Position numbers and translations under genes: made by a program. A DNA stretch of 64,000 bases, taken from contig CAVYVF010000023.1 of assembly GCA_963771885.1 (NCBI GenBank), positions 192,001-256,000 of the forward strand, in the 5' to 3' direction. The stretch is from Candidatus Bathyarchaeota archaeon (GTDB lineage Archaea; Thermoproteota; Bathyarchaeia; TCS64). The notes under the pieces are model-generated. The model was not told where the DNA came from. It saw only the letters and a program-made list of their open reading frames with translations, and did no database searches. Each line of letters opens with the position of its first letter. Position 1 is the stretch's first letter. Positions 1-8,517 of this stretch are shown piece after piece.

Positions 1-227
1 TCCTCTCTCATTAGGGGCTCGCCGCCGGTTACCTTGACCTTCGTGACGCCCAGCTCCGCGGCGACCCCAACTATGCGGCCAATCTCCTCGGGTGTCATCT
101 CGCCTCGCGGGTCGTGCTCTCCCTCCCTGTGGCAGAAAAAGCATGCGAGGTCACACCTCTGAGTCACGCTTACGCGCAGACTCGAGACGTGCCTCCCGCA
201 CGGGTCGACAAGTGGGTCCAAGGGCAT
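1..227 (-). CDS. moaA: GTP 3',8-cyclase MoaA (radical SAM), N-terminal part; runs off the window edge
   Basis: Manual translation from ATG at 227: MPLDPLVDPCGRHVSSLRVSVTQRCDLACFFCHREGE...KVKVTGGEPLMRE, with the CxxxCxxC and TGGEP motifs. Not in the ORF track. Confidence 0.9.
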   Translation of the reverse strand, partial: MPLDPLVDPCGRHVSSLRVSVTQRCDLACFFCHREGEHDPRGEMTPEEIGRIVGVAAELGVTKVKVTGGEPLMRE

Positions 228-262
228 TTACGCAAATACCGCCTCCTCGGTGCCCTAAAATG

Positions 263-284
263 GTTATGCATCGCTGTGCATGAC
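263..284. promoter_or_regulatory. Imperfect palindrome GTTATGCA-N6-TGCATGAC in the moaA/tupA divergent intergenic region; candidate operator
   Basis: Arms match at 7/8 positions; lies between divergent Moco/tungstate genes. Confidence 0.3.
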
Positions 285-336
285 GGCAAAGCTTATCCGA
301 CATGCACTAACATTCACATCGTAATCGGTGAAAGCT

Positions 337-1353
337 ATGACAGAGAAAAAGGGAATGTCGATAAACCAGAGGACAGCCGTGATACTCGGCGTCGTGGTAA
401 TAGTTGCACTGGTCGGCGCGGTCTGGTACTTCAACCAGCCCGCTGCGGGAAAAACGCAACTCATCGTCTCCACCACAACGAGTTTCTATGAGACCGGCTT
501 CCTCGACACGCTGAAGAAGGCGTTCGAGACGAAGTACCCGCAGTACAATGTGAGCTTCATTAGCCAGGGCACGGGGCTCGCATTGGGGACCGCCTCAAGG
601 GGGGACGCCGATCTCGTCCTCGTCCACGCCCCATCTAGCGAGAAGATTTTCCTAACGAACGGCACCGGCGTTAACAGGAAGATTGTCGCCTACAACTACT
701 TCCTCCTCGTCGGGCCGACTGCCGATCCCGCCGGGATAAAGGACCTAGGTATTGTCGACGCGCTCAAGGCGATTGTCGCCGCGGGCAGGGAGGGCAAAGC
801 CGTCTGGGTCAGCAGGGGCGACAAGTCGGGAACCAACACGAAGGAGATCGCTCTCTTCAAGCTCGCAGGCTTCGACACAGTGGCGCTTGCCGCTGAGAAG
901 GATCCGAGCGGCAACCCATGGTACCTATCCGCCGGGGCAGGCATGACGGCGACGCTTCAGCTCGCCGACCAGAAGAGTGCCTACACGCTCACCGATATCG
1001 CTAGCTTCCTAACGAATACGGCGAACGGCAATATACACCTCGTCCAGTACGTAGGCCCCGGCAAGGACATGCTCAACGTCTACGCCATCATAGTGATCAA
1101 CCCGAGTTGGAAGAATTACAGGGGCACCTTCTCCGCAGCCACAGACTTTGAGAAGTACCTCCTCTCAACCGAGGGACAGAACCTATTCGGTAGCTTCGGC
1201 GTTCAGGGTCAGACCGTCTTCAAGCCCTGGATACCCATGAAGACCGCCAACACTGATACGACGACGATCCAGTGGATCGAGAGCTACGCCTACATCAACG
1301 GCACCGAGTGCCCTGAGAAGTACCGCGTCCAGGCCGGCGACCTATACAAATAA
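337..1353 (+). CDS. tupA: Tungstate ABC transporter substrate-binding protein
   Basis: N-terminal TM anchor; STTTS, VHAP and SRGDKSGT motifs typical of TupA. Confidence 0.9.
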   Translation: MTEKKGMSINQRTAVILGVVVIVALVGAVWYFNQPAAGKTQLIVSTTTSFYETGFLDTLKKAFETKYPQYNVSFISQGTGLALGTASRGDADLVLVHAPSSEKIFLTNGTGVNRKIVAYNYFLLVGPTADPAGIKDLGIVDALKAIVAAGREGKAVWVSRGDKSGTNTKEIALFKLAGFDTVALAAEKDPSGNPWYLSAGAGMTATLQLADQKSAYTLTDIASFLTNTANGNIHLVQYVGPGKDMLNVYAIIVINPSWKNYRGTFSAATDFEKYLLSTEGQNLFGSFGVQGQTVFKPWIPMKTANTDTTTIQWIESYAYINGTECPEKYRVQAGDLYK

Positions 1354-1390
1354 AGGCGCTGAGCCACCCACTCTCTGAGGGACCCCGTTT

Positions 1391-2086
1391 TTGAGCTGGC
1401 AGCCTATAGTCGACGGACTACGAGAGGCGGTACACCTCATCGCAACAGGGGACCCCGTTGTCATCCAGATCACGATACGCAGCCTCGAGGCGGCGGGCGC
1501 CGGCACTGCGATGGCTGCTCTCATCGGCTTGCCGATAGGAGTTGCCATCGGGCTCGGTTCCTTTAGGGGCAGGAAGTTCCTTAAGACGCTGTTCAATGCG
1601 ATGGTCGGCATCCCAACTGTCTCTCTCGGTCTTCTACTCTGGTCCCTCTTCTCACGCAGCGGTCCCCTGGGCTACACGCAGCTTCTTTACACGGTCTCAG
1701 GCATCGCCATAGGTGAAGGCGTACTCGTAACGCCGCTTATCATCAGCTTCGTTGCGAGCGCCGTCGAGGCGAAGGACATGGGGCTCAGGGACCTGACGAG
1801 GACATTGGGAGCGAGCGAGTATGAGAGTAGCCTCGCCGTCGTTCGGGAGGCGTGGGGAGGCGTTTCCCTCGCGCTTGTCTCGAGCTTCAACCGCGCCTTC
1901 GCTGAGCTCGGTATCGCCATGATGATAGGTGGCAATATCCAAGGCCTCACAAGGGTACTGACGACTGCGATTAGCCTGCAGACGAGCATGGGCGAGCTGG
2001 GGTTGGCCTTCGCCCTCAGTTTCATACTGCTCATCGTGGTCCTCAGCCTCAACTTCCTCATAACATGGCTCGGGAGGGCGAGTTAG
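1391..2086 (+). CDS. tupB: Tungstate ABC transporter permease
   Basis: Hydrophobic; SRSGPLG, ELGIAMMIGGNI and TRVLTTAI motifs; TTG start. Confidence 0.9.
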   Translation: MSWQPIVDGLREAVHLIATGDPVVIQITIRSLEAAGAGTAMAALIGLPIGVAIGLGSFRGRKFLKTLFNAMVGIPTVSLGLLLWSLFSRSGPLGYTQLLYTVSGIAIGEGVLVTPLIISFVASAVEAKDMGLRDLTRTLGASEYESSLAVVREAWGGVSLALVSSFNRAFAELGIAMMIGGNIQGLTRVLTTAISLQTSMGELGLAFALSFILLIVVLSLNFLITWLGRAS

Positions 2087-3112
2087 ACGGAGCTCTACGG
2101 ACTAGAATCCGTCACAAGGGGCTACGGCACCCGGAACGCGCTGAGCGAGGTGTCTCTCTCCATCGAGGAGGGGGAGACGCTCGGCGTGGTAGGGGAGAGT
2201 GGCGCCGGAAAGACGACGCTGCTCAGGCTCCTAGCGGGGCTCGACCTGCCGACCAGCGGCGCCATGAGGTGGAGGGGGAGGCCCGTCGATCAAAAGACAG
2301 CGGCTGAGCTGCGAAAAGTGGCGACGATGATCTTTCAGCATCCCCTCTTCATCAGGGGGAGCGTCTACCAGAACGTCGCCTACGGGCTTGAGCTGAGAAG
2401 CGTGCCCCAGACGGAGATAGATAAGCGGGTCGCCGAGACGCTAGCCAAGGTCAGGCTTCAGGGCTTCGAGTCGCGGGACGCAAGGAGGATCAGCGGAGGC
2501 GAGCAGCAGAGGGTTAGCCTCGCACGCGCGCTCGTACTGAACCCGAAGGTACTTCTCCTCGATGAGCCGACGGCGAACCTCGACTCTGAGAACGCCTCTA
2601 TCATATCTGACGTAATTGCCGGCGAGGCTGGGGTTAGGACAATAGTAATAGCGAGCCACGACCTCGCACGTGTCGGCAGGCTCGCCGATAGGATCATAGA
2701 GATAGAGGGCGGGAAGATCATCGCCGAGGGCGGAGTCGAGGTGCTCGCTTCCAACCGCTTCAGCACGAACGTCTTCAGCGGCGTCTGCAGGGAGGTCAAC
2801 GGAGAGTCGGACGTCGACGTCGGCGAGGGAGTCTCCATAGCGTGCGCTGCTGTACAGAAGGGTAGGGTCGTCGTCAGGGTCAGACCCGAGGACATCATAG
2901 TGTCTAGGGAGCCTTTCGAGTCGAGCGCCCGGAACAACTTTCGGGGCCATATCGTTAGCATCGAGGAGAGCGGCGCGATTATACGGCTGAAGATAGAAGC
3001 GGGGAGGGTCTTCACGGCTCACATCACCCGTCGTACCCTAAACGAGATGGGGCTCAACATCGGCTCAGATGTCTACATCAGCTTCAAAGCGTCAAGCGTC
3101 GACCTGATCTAG
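2087..3112 (+). CDS. tupC: Tungstate ABC transporter ATPase with C-terminal TOBE domain; true start uncertain
   Basis: Walker A GESGAGKT, ISGGEQQR, LLLDEPT, SARN TOBE motif. The N-terminal strand (ELYGLESVTRGYG) extends upstream of GTG 2150 to the tupB stop. Confidence 0.85.
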   Translation, partial: TELYGLESVTRGYGTRNALSEVSLSIEEGETLGVVGESGAGKTTLLRLLAGLDLPTSGAMRWRGRPVDQKTAAELRKVATMIFQHPLFIRGSVYQNVAYGLELRSVPQTEIDKRVAETLAKVRLQGFESRDARRISGGEQQRVSLARALVLNPKVLLLDEPTANLDSENASIISDVIAGEAGVRTIVIASHDLARVGRLADRIIEIEGGKIIAEGGVEVLASNRFSTNVFSGVCREVNGESDVDVGEGVSIACAAVQKGRVVVRVRPEDIIVSREPFESSARNNFRGHIVSIEESGAIIRLKIEAGRVFTAHITRRTLNEMGLNIGSDVYISFKASSVDLI

Positions 3113-3174
3113 CTAGAAAACCGACTGACGATTTTAATACGGGTTCGACGAATATCAGAAAACAGGGTTTTGCT

Positions 3175-3750
3175 ATGGCCAAGCTCAAGGGATCGGAGAC
3201 TGAGAAGAACCTGCTTAAGGCGTTCGCCGGCGAGTCGCAGGCGAGGAATAGGTACACATACTTCATGAACGCAGCGAAGAAGGAGGGATTTGAGCAGATC
3301 GCGGGTATTTTCGAGGAGACCGCGAACAATGAGAGGGAGCATGCCGAAGTCTTCTTCAAGCACCTGGAGGGCGGCGACGTGGTCATCACCGCCGACTACC
3401 CAGCGGGGAGAATAGGGACTACGGCGGAGAACCTGCTCCACGCGGCGGAGGGGGAAAAGATGGAGTGGGGTACACTCTACCCCAACTTCGAGGCTGTGGC
3501 ACGCAAAGAGGGCCTTGATAAGGTCGCTGAGAGCTTCAAGGAGATAGCTGAGGTCGAGGAGAGGCATGAGAAACGGTACAGGAAGCTTCTCGAGAACGTG
3601 AAGGCAGGCACAGTCTTCAAGAAAGTGGAGGCCGTGGAGTGGAAATGCCGCAACTGCGGATACGTCCATGAGGGAAAGGAGGCCCCGAAGGTCTGCCCGG
3701 CGTGTAAGCACGCGCAGAGCTACTACGAGCTCCTCGCCGAGAACTACTAG
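3175..3750 (+). CDS. rbr: Rubrerythrin
   Basis: AFAGESQA, EREHA and EERHE di-iron motifs plus C-terminal CRNCG...CPAC rubredoxin domain. Confidence 0.95.
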   Translation: MAKLKGSETEKNLLKAFAGESQARNRYTYFMNAAKKEGFEQIAGIFEETANNEREHAEVFFKHLEGGDVVITADYPAGRIGTTAENLLHAAEGEKMEWGTLYPNFEAVARKEGLDKVAESFKEIAEVEERHEKRYRKLLENVKAGTVFKKVEAVEWKCRNCGYVHEGKEAPKVCPACKHAQSYYELLAENY

Positions 3751-4562
3751 GCGACATCCACCTTTTCGCGTATCCTTTTAACCGTGTTTTCTATCTCGTC
3801 CACGCTGGGGGTCGTCATCATTATCGCCTTGTTTGGGCACACCTCGACGCATCGTCCGCACCCCCTACACTGATCCGTGATGCGCGCCTTACCATCCTCA
3901 ACTATGATTGCGTTTACAAAGCAGACCTTCTGACAGACGCCACAGCCAACGCATTCTTCACCGACTGTGACTTCAACACCCTGCATCTTCGTGACCCGTG
4001 CGCCGATATCTTCGTTAAGGCTCGGAAGCATCTTCCATAAGCAGCAGCAGGGGCAGCAGTTACAGACAGTGAGCAACTTCTCCCCGGGGGCGACGTCGAG
4101 CCAGACAGCGTCGAGCTTGTTGCGCCCTATGACGTGTATGAGCCCCGCTGCGTCGGCGCGCCGGATGTGCTCATGTGCCTCCTCCCGAGTGACAGGGTGA
4201 CCTAACTTCGGGTCTATCCTCCTCGCCGCCTCCCCCATGAAGAGGCAGCCGAGGTCGCGGGGATAGTCCTTGCACTTGTTCGCCTCGCGGCAGATGCAGA
4301 AGTCCATCGCCCAGTGGAAACCCGCCTCGTCGATGAAGCGGTGGACTATCTCTCCGGGGAGGGGTGTGCTTGAGCCGGCGTCGATGGGCTGGTTAAGGGT
4401 TATCTCGACGACACTGTCCTTCGGGAGGTATACGAGGTCGTCGCCATCGAAGAGTAGGCGGCTCATGGCGGCGCCGACGCCGGGGATGTGCGACGCCTTG
4501 GCGAGGATGAACCTGTACTTGAAGTTGCTCTTGAGGAGGTCTATGAACCACTTCGGGCGCAT
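3747..4562 (-). CDS. 4Fe-4S dicluster domain protein
   Basis: Own ATG at 4562 (MRPKWFIDLL); CICR..C, CNCCPCCC and two CxxCxxCxxxC motifs. Confidence 0.8.
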   Translation of the reverse strand: MRPKWFIDLLKSNFKYRFILAKASHIPGVGAAMSRLLFDGDDLVYLPKDSVVEITLNQPIDAGSSTPLPGEIVHRFIDEAGFHWAMDFCICREANKCKDYPRDLGCLFMGEAARRIDPKLGHPVTREEAHEHIRRADAAGLIHVIGRNKLDAVWLDVAPGEKLLTVCNCCPCCCLWKMLPSLNEDIGARVTKMQGVEVTVGEECVGCGVCQKVCFVNAIIVEDGKARITDQCRGCGRCVEVCPNKAIMMTTPSVDEIENTVKRIREKVDVA

Positions 4563-4609
4563 CGAGGGCTCGGAGAATAATCCCCGCCGGGATAGATAAC
4601 ACCGCGGTG

Positions 4610-5006
4610 CTACTCTTTCGACTTGAGCTTCTGCTGGAGCGTCTTGAGCTCGCCATGCTCGGCGAAGCGTATCTGCGTGTTGAGCCTGAGGGGTAGGCCT
4701 ATCTGGCGGAGGAACATGGCTAGTCCGCCGCCATCTATCTTCTCTACAGATCTTTCCCTGCTTGACGGCGTCAATGAGAGCCTGCTCGACCTGGGGTATC
4801 ACCTTGGGGAACTGCTCCCTCGCCTGGCGCCAGACCTCCCACGCCCTGTCGCCGAATATTCGGTTTAGCATCTCGTCGGTAGTAGGCTCCTTGGGCTTGT
4901 CCTTCGCAAGCTCCCGCGCCGCCTGGGCGGCGTCATGAGCAGCCATGCGCCTCTGCATCTCCTGCATCTTCTTCCTCTTGAGGCGCTCCAGCTCGTCATC
5001 CGACAT
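4610..5006 (-). CDS. PDCD5-like dsDNA-binding protein, frameshifted near 4749
   Basis: MSDDELERLKRKKMQEMQRR N-terminus. Removing one base near 4749 gives ...KQGKIVEKIDGGGLAMFLRQIGLPLRLNTQIRFAEHGELKTLQQKLKSKE* with stop at 4610. Confidence 0.7.
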
Positions 5007-5073
5007 AGCGTAGAGACGAATGAGGGCGAGCCTTTAACCCTTTAGGCACCGGCCGGTCTTCAAATATAAGTGC

Positions 5074-5583
5074 TTGAATGGGGAATCTATCAGGATGGAC
5101 GAGCTGGGCGTCGCCATAAGGACGGAGATGGTGCCGGGCGACCTCGGCGAGATAGTGCGTCTCCACGGCGTTCTCTATGAGAAGGAGTACGGGCTCGATA
5201 ACACCTTCGAGGCTTACGTGGCAGGCCCTCTATCCGAGTTTGTAATCCACCCCGCGGAGGGGCAGAGGATATGGGTGGTGGAGGACTGCGGAGGCGTCGC
5301 GGGCTGCATCGCTATCGTGAGGAACTCGGAGGGCGTCGCCCAGCTCAGGTGGTTCATACTAACACCCGAGACGCGTGGGAGGGGACTCGGGAAACGCCTG
5401 ATGGAGGAGGCGGTCAACTTCAGCAGGGAAGCAGGTTACGGGCGCATCATCCTCTGGACATTCAGCGAGTTGGAGACCGCCATTGCCCTCTACAAGAAGT
5501 GGGGATTCGCCAAGACCGAGGAGAAGGCACATCATACCTGGGGCCGTGACCTCGTCGAGGAGAAGTATGAGCTAGAGCTCTGA
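5074..5583 (+). CDS. GNAT family N-acetyltransferase
   Basis: AQLRWF, RGRGLGKRL acetyl-CoA motif, ALYKKWGF. Confidence 0.9.
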   Translation: MNGESIRMDELGVAIRTEMVPGDLGEIVRLHGVLYEKEYGLDNTFEAYVAGPLSEFVIHPAEGQRIWVVEDCGGVAGCIAIVRNSEGVAQLRWFILTPETRGRGLGKRLMEEAVNFSREAGYGRIILWTFSELETAIALYKKWGFAKTEEKAHHTWGRDLVEEKYELEL

Positions 5584-5593
5584 GGAGTCAAAC

Positions 5594-6439
5594 ATGATCC
5601 CTTTTGAAGTTCTCGCCCTCGTCACCTCGTTAACGAACGCTCTAGGGGTGACGCTCATAGCGAGGGGAATGAAGGGGTCGAAACCGATAGTCGCCGCCTT
5701 CTGGAGTGTTGCGGTACAGACGGTGATCCTCGCGGTGCTCCTGCTGACGAGGATGCCGGCGATAAACTGGACTGCAGTAGGTTACTTCGCCCTCGGTGGC
5801 GTCCTCAGTCTCGGCGTCGCCCGGCTACTCAACTTCGTCGCCATGAGAGGACTCGGGGTCGCGAAGACGAGCGCCCTCATAGGAAGCAGCCCCGTGATAA
5901 CGACGCTTCTCTCGATAGCGATACTCTCAGACATGCCCGACCTCGCGACTATAACCGGCGCGGCAACGGTGGCAATTGGCGTAGCACTAATTAGCGGTGC
6001 CTCTGGCTTCAGGGTAGAGAAGGCGCTCCTCGTCGGCCTCGCCTCTGCGCTCGCCTACTCCCTCAGCAACATCGCGAGCAAGTCAGGAGTCCTCATACAG
6101 CCCGACCCCTTCCTCAGCGCGACGGCGGGCGCGGTGGCGGGTCTCGCCTTCATCATCACCTACCTCGCTGCCACAGGGCAGACTAGAGACCTCGGCGTGA
6201 GCCGTCATAGCCTCGCCTGCTTTGCTGCTACCGGTGTACTCAGCAGCGTGGGCTGGCTCACAATGATGTCAGCCCTCGAGACGGGATCCGTCGGAGTCGT
6301 CACGACGATCGTCTTCAGCTACCCCCTATTTGCCCTGATCACCACGCGCCTGCTCATGAAGGAGGAGAAGTTCTCGATCCGCACCGTGATCGGCTCGACC
6401 CTCGTCGTCCTGGGTGTGGCGATCGTCACGCTCCTCTAA
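5594..6439 (+). CDS. EamA/DMT family transporter
   Basis: About 10 TM helices in two repeats. Confidence 0.85.
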   Translation: MIPFEVLALVTSLTNALGVTLIARGMKGSKPIVAAFWSVAVQTVILAVLLLTRMPAINWTAVGYFALGGVLSLGVARLLNFVAMRGLGVAKTSALIGSSPVITTLLSIAILSDMPDLATITGAATVAIGVALISGASGFRVEKALLVGLASALAYSLSNIASKSGVLIQPDPFLSATAGAVAGLAFIITYLAATGQTRDLGVSRHSLACFAATGVLSSVGWLTMMSALETGSVGVVTTIVFSYPLFALITTRLLMKEEKFSIRTVIGSTLVVLGVAIVTLL

Positions 6440-6459
6440 TTGGAATTGCTTCTTGATCA

Positions 6460-8340
6460 CTACTTTGGCTTGATCTTGCCGAGCCTCATAGCATTCAGTA
6501 TCACTGCGAGGCTCAGCCCCATGTCTCCCACCGCGACGGCGACCCAGAGGGTCACGAATCCGGGGAGTGCGAGTGCTGCGACGCCGAGTTTAACGACTAG
6601 GCTGAGGGTTATGTTCTCCCTTATTCGGCGCATAGTCGCGCGGCTCAGTTCGACTGCGTAGGGGACTCGGTCTATCCTGTCCTGCATCAGTGCGATGTCC
6701 GCCGTCTCAAGGGCAACGTCACTGCCCATCGCACCCATCGCGATGCCCACGTTAGCCTTGGCGAGTGCTGGCGCGTCGTTCACACCATCCCCCACCATTA
6801 TGATTCCACCGAGGCTCTTTAGCGAATCAACAGCGGCGACCTTCTCCTCGGGAAGTAGCCCTGCGCGGTACCCGTCGACGCCGACCCTCGCGGCGACCTC
6901 GCGCGCTGTCTCCTCGTTGTCTCCCGTCAGCATCTCTACCCTGAGCCCAAGAGCCTTGAGCGCCGCGACCGCGTTAGCGGACTCGGGGCGGACCCTATCG
7001 CTGAGAGTAAGTGTCCCTATGACCGCCTTGTCCTTCGCTACGAGAATCGTCGTCTTCCCCGCCTCAGGGTGAAAGTCGGGATTCTCTATGCCGAGCTGGG
7101 AAAGGAGGCGTGAGTTACCCACGCATATCTGAGTTTCATCGAGGCGCGCCTCTATTCCCCGTCCCGGGATAGGTCTTGAAGCCCGACGGCTCGCCGCCGG
7201 CGACTCCCGCCTCGCGTGCCTTGCTCACGATCGCTTGCGCAATCGGATGCTCAGACTTTGCCTCGAGTGACGCGGCGCAGCGGAGGACCTCTCCCGGCTC
7301 GACGCCTCGCACATCGCTGACCTCGAGTTCCCCCTCGTAAGAGTCCCCGTCTTGTCGAAGGCGACTACCTTCGCACGGGCGAGTTCTTCAATGTGTATGC
7401 TACCCTTGATTAAGACGCCGTTTCTGCTCGCGCTGGCGATCGCCGAGACCATCGCGACGGGTGTCGAGATGGCGAGGGCGCATGGACATGCAACTACGAG
7501 CATGACGAGCGACCTGTAGACCCAGTCGAGGAACGGCTGACCAAACAACAGTGATGGGACAGTCGCGACGATGATAGCCGCCACGATGACGGCGGGGGTA
7601 TACCAGCGACTGAACCTGTCGACAAAGGCCTCCGTCGGCGACTTGCTCTCCTCCGCCTCCTCAACCATGTGGAGTATCCTCGCGAGCGTCGACTCCTCAG
7701 CCATGCTCGTGACGCGGACTGCGAGGAAGCCGTCGACGTTCATAGTCCCAGCGAATATGTCCTCGCCGACGCTCTTCGACACGGGGAGAGACTCGCCAGT
7801 TATCGCCGACTGGTCGACGCTCGACTCGCCCTCGACGACCTCTCCGTCGAGTGGGATTCGATTACCGGGGCGGAGGACAAAGACCTCACCGGGCATCACT
7901 TCGCCTACGGGGACCTCGACCTCGGAGCCGTTTCGCCTGATGACTGCGACCTCCGGGCGCAGTTCGATAAGTTCTTCGATTGCGTGTCGGGCACGGTCGC
8001 TCGCATAATCCTCGAGCCTCTCTGCTAGGCTGAAGAGTATGATGACGGCGGCGCCTTCCTCGATGTGACCGATCGCCGTCGCTCCGACCGCCGCGATTGT
8101 CAGCAGGAAATCGATGGTGACTCTTCGGTGGAGGAGCGCCTTGAGCCCTGAGTAGGCGATCTCGTAGCCGGAGACGACCATCGCGGTAAAGAGAATTGCG
8201 TCCGATAGTAGGGTCCGTCCCTGGAGGTAATTGAGAGAGAGCCCGAATGCAAGCGCCGCGCCGGAGAAGACGAGTCCCCAAATGCTCCCCTCCTGCCCCT
8301 CGTGGTTGTGCAAGTGTTTCCCGTGATCGTCGTCGCCCAT
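6460..8340 (-). CDS. Heavy-metal P1B-type ATPase (ZntA/CadA-like), broken by two frameshifts (~7332 and ~7175)
   Basis: His-rich N-terminus, ITGES, CPCAL, DKTGTLT; SEHP and IPGRG motifs in shifted frames; MLTGD and GDGVNDAP in ORF 6460..7122. Confidence 0.85.
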
Positions 8341-8375
8341 TTCGAGACCTCGTATTCAAATGGGGAGACAATCTC

Positions 8376-8427
8376 TAATTATTAACTTAGTGCTTATATT
8401 TAGTATATTATTATTAATAATTATTAA
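8376..8427. promoter_or_regulatory. AT-rich divergent promoter region with inverted repeat TAATTATTAA...TTAATAATTA and 14-bp palindrome TTAATAATTATTAA
   Basis: Read directly; lies between the P1B ATPase and XDH operon 1. Confidence 0.4.
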
Positions 8428-8517
8428 GATAAAGCATGGATCATATTAAAATGCATCTTCCTCGCCTCGTGCCGGCTATCAACGCTTTTAATCGCGGAGA
8501 CGCGAGAATCATATACA

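Noticed and set aside
3747..5006. Apparent novel fusion of a PDCD5-like DNA-binding protein with a 4Fe-4S protein (419-aa ORF)
   Set aside because: Caused by a +1 frameshift near 4749. The shifted frame completes the first protein (stop at 4610), and the second gene has its own ATG at 4562.
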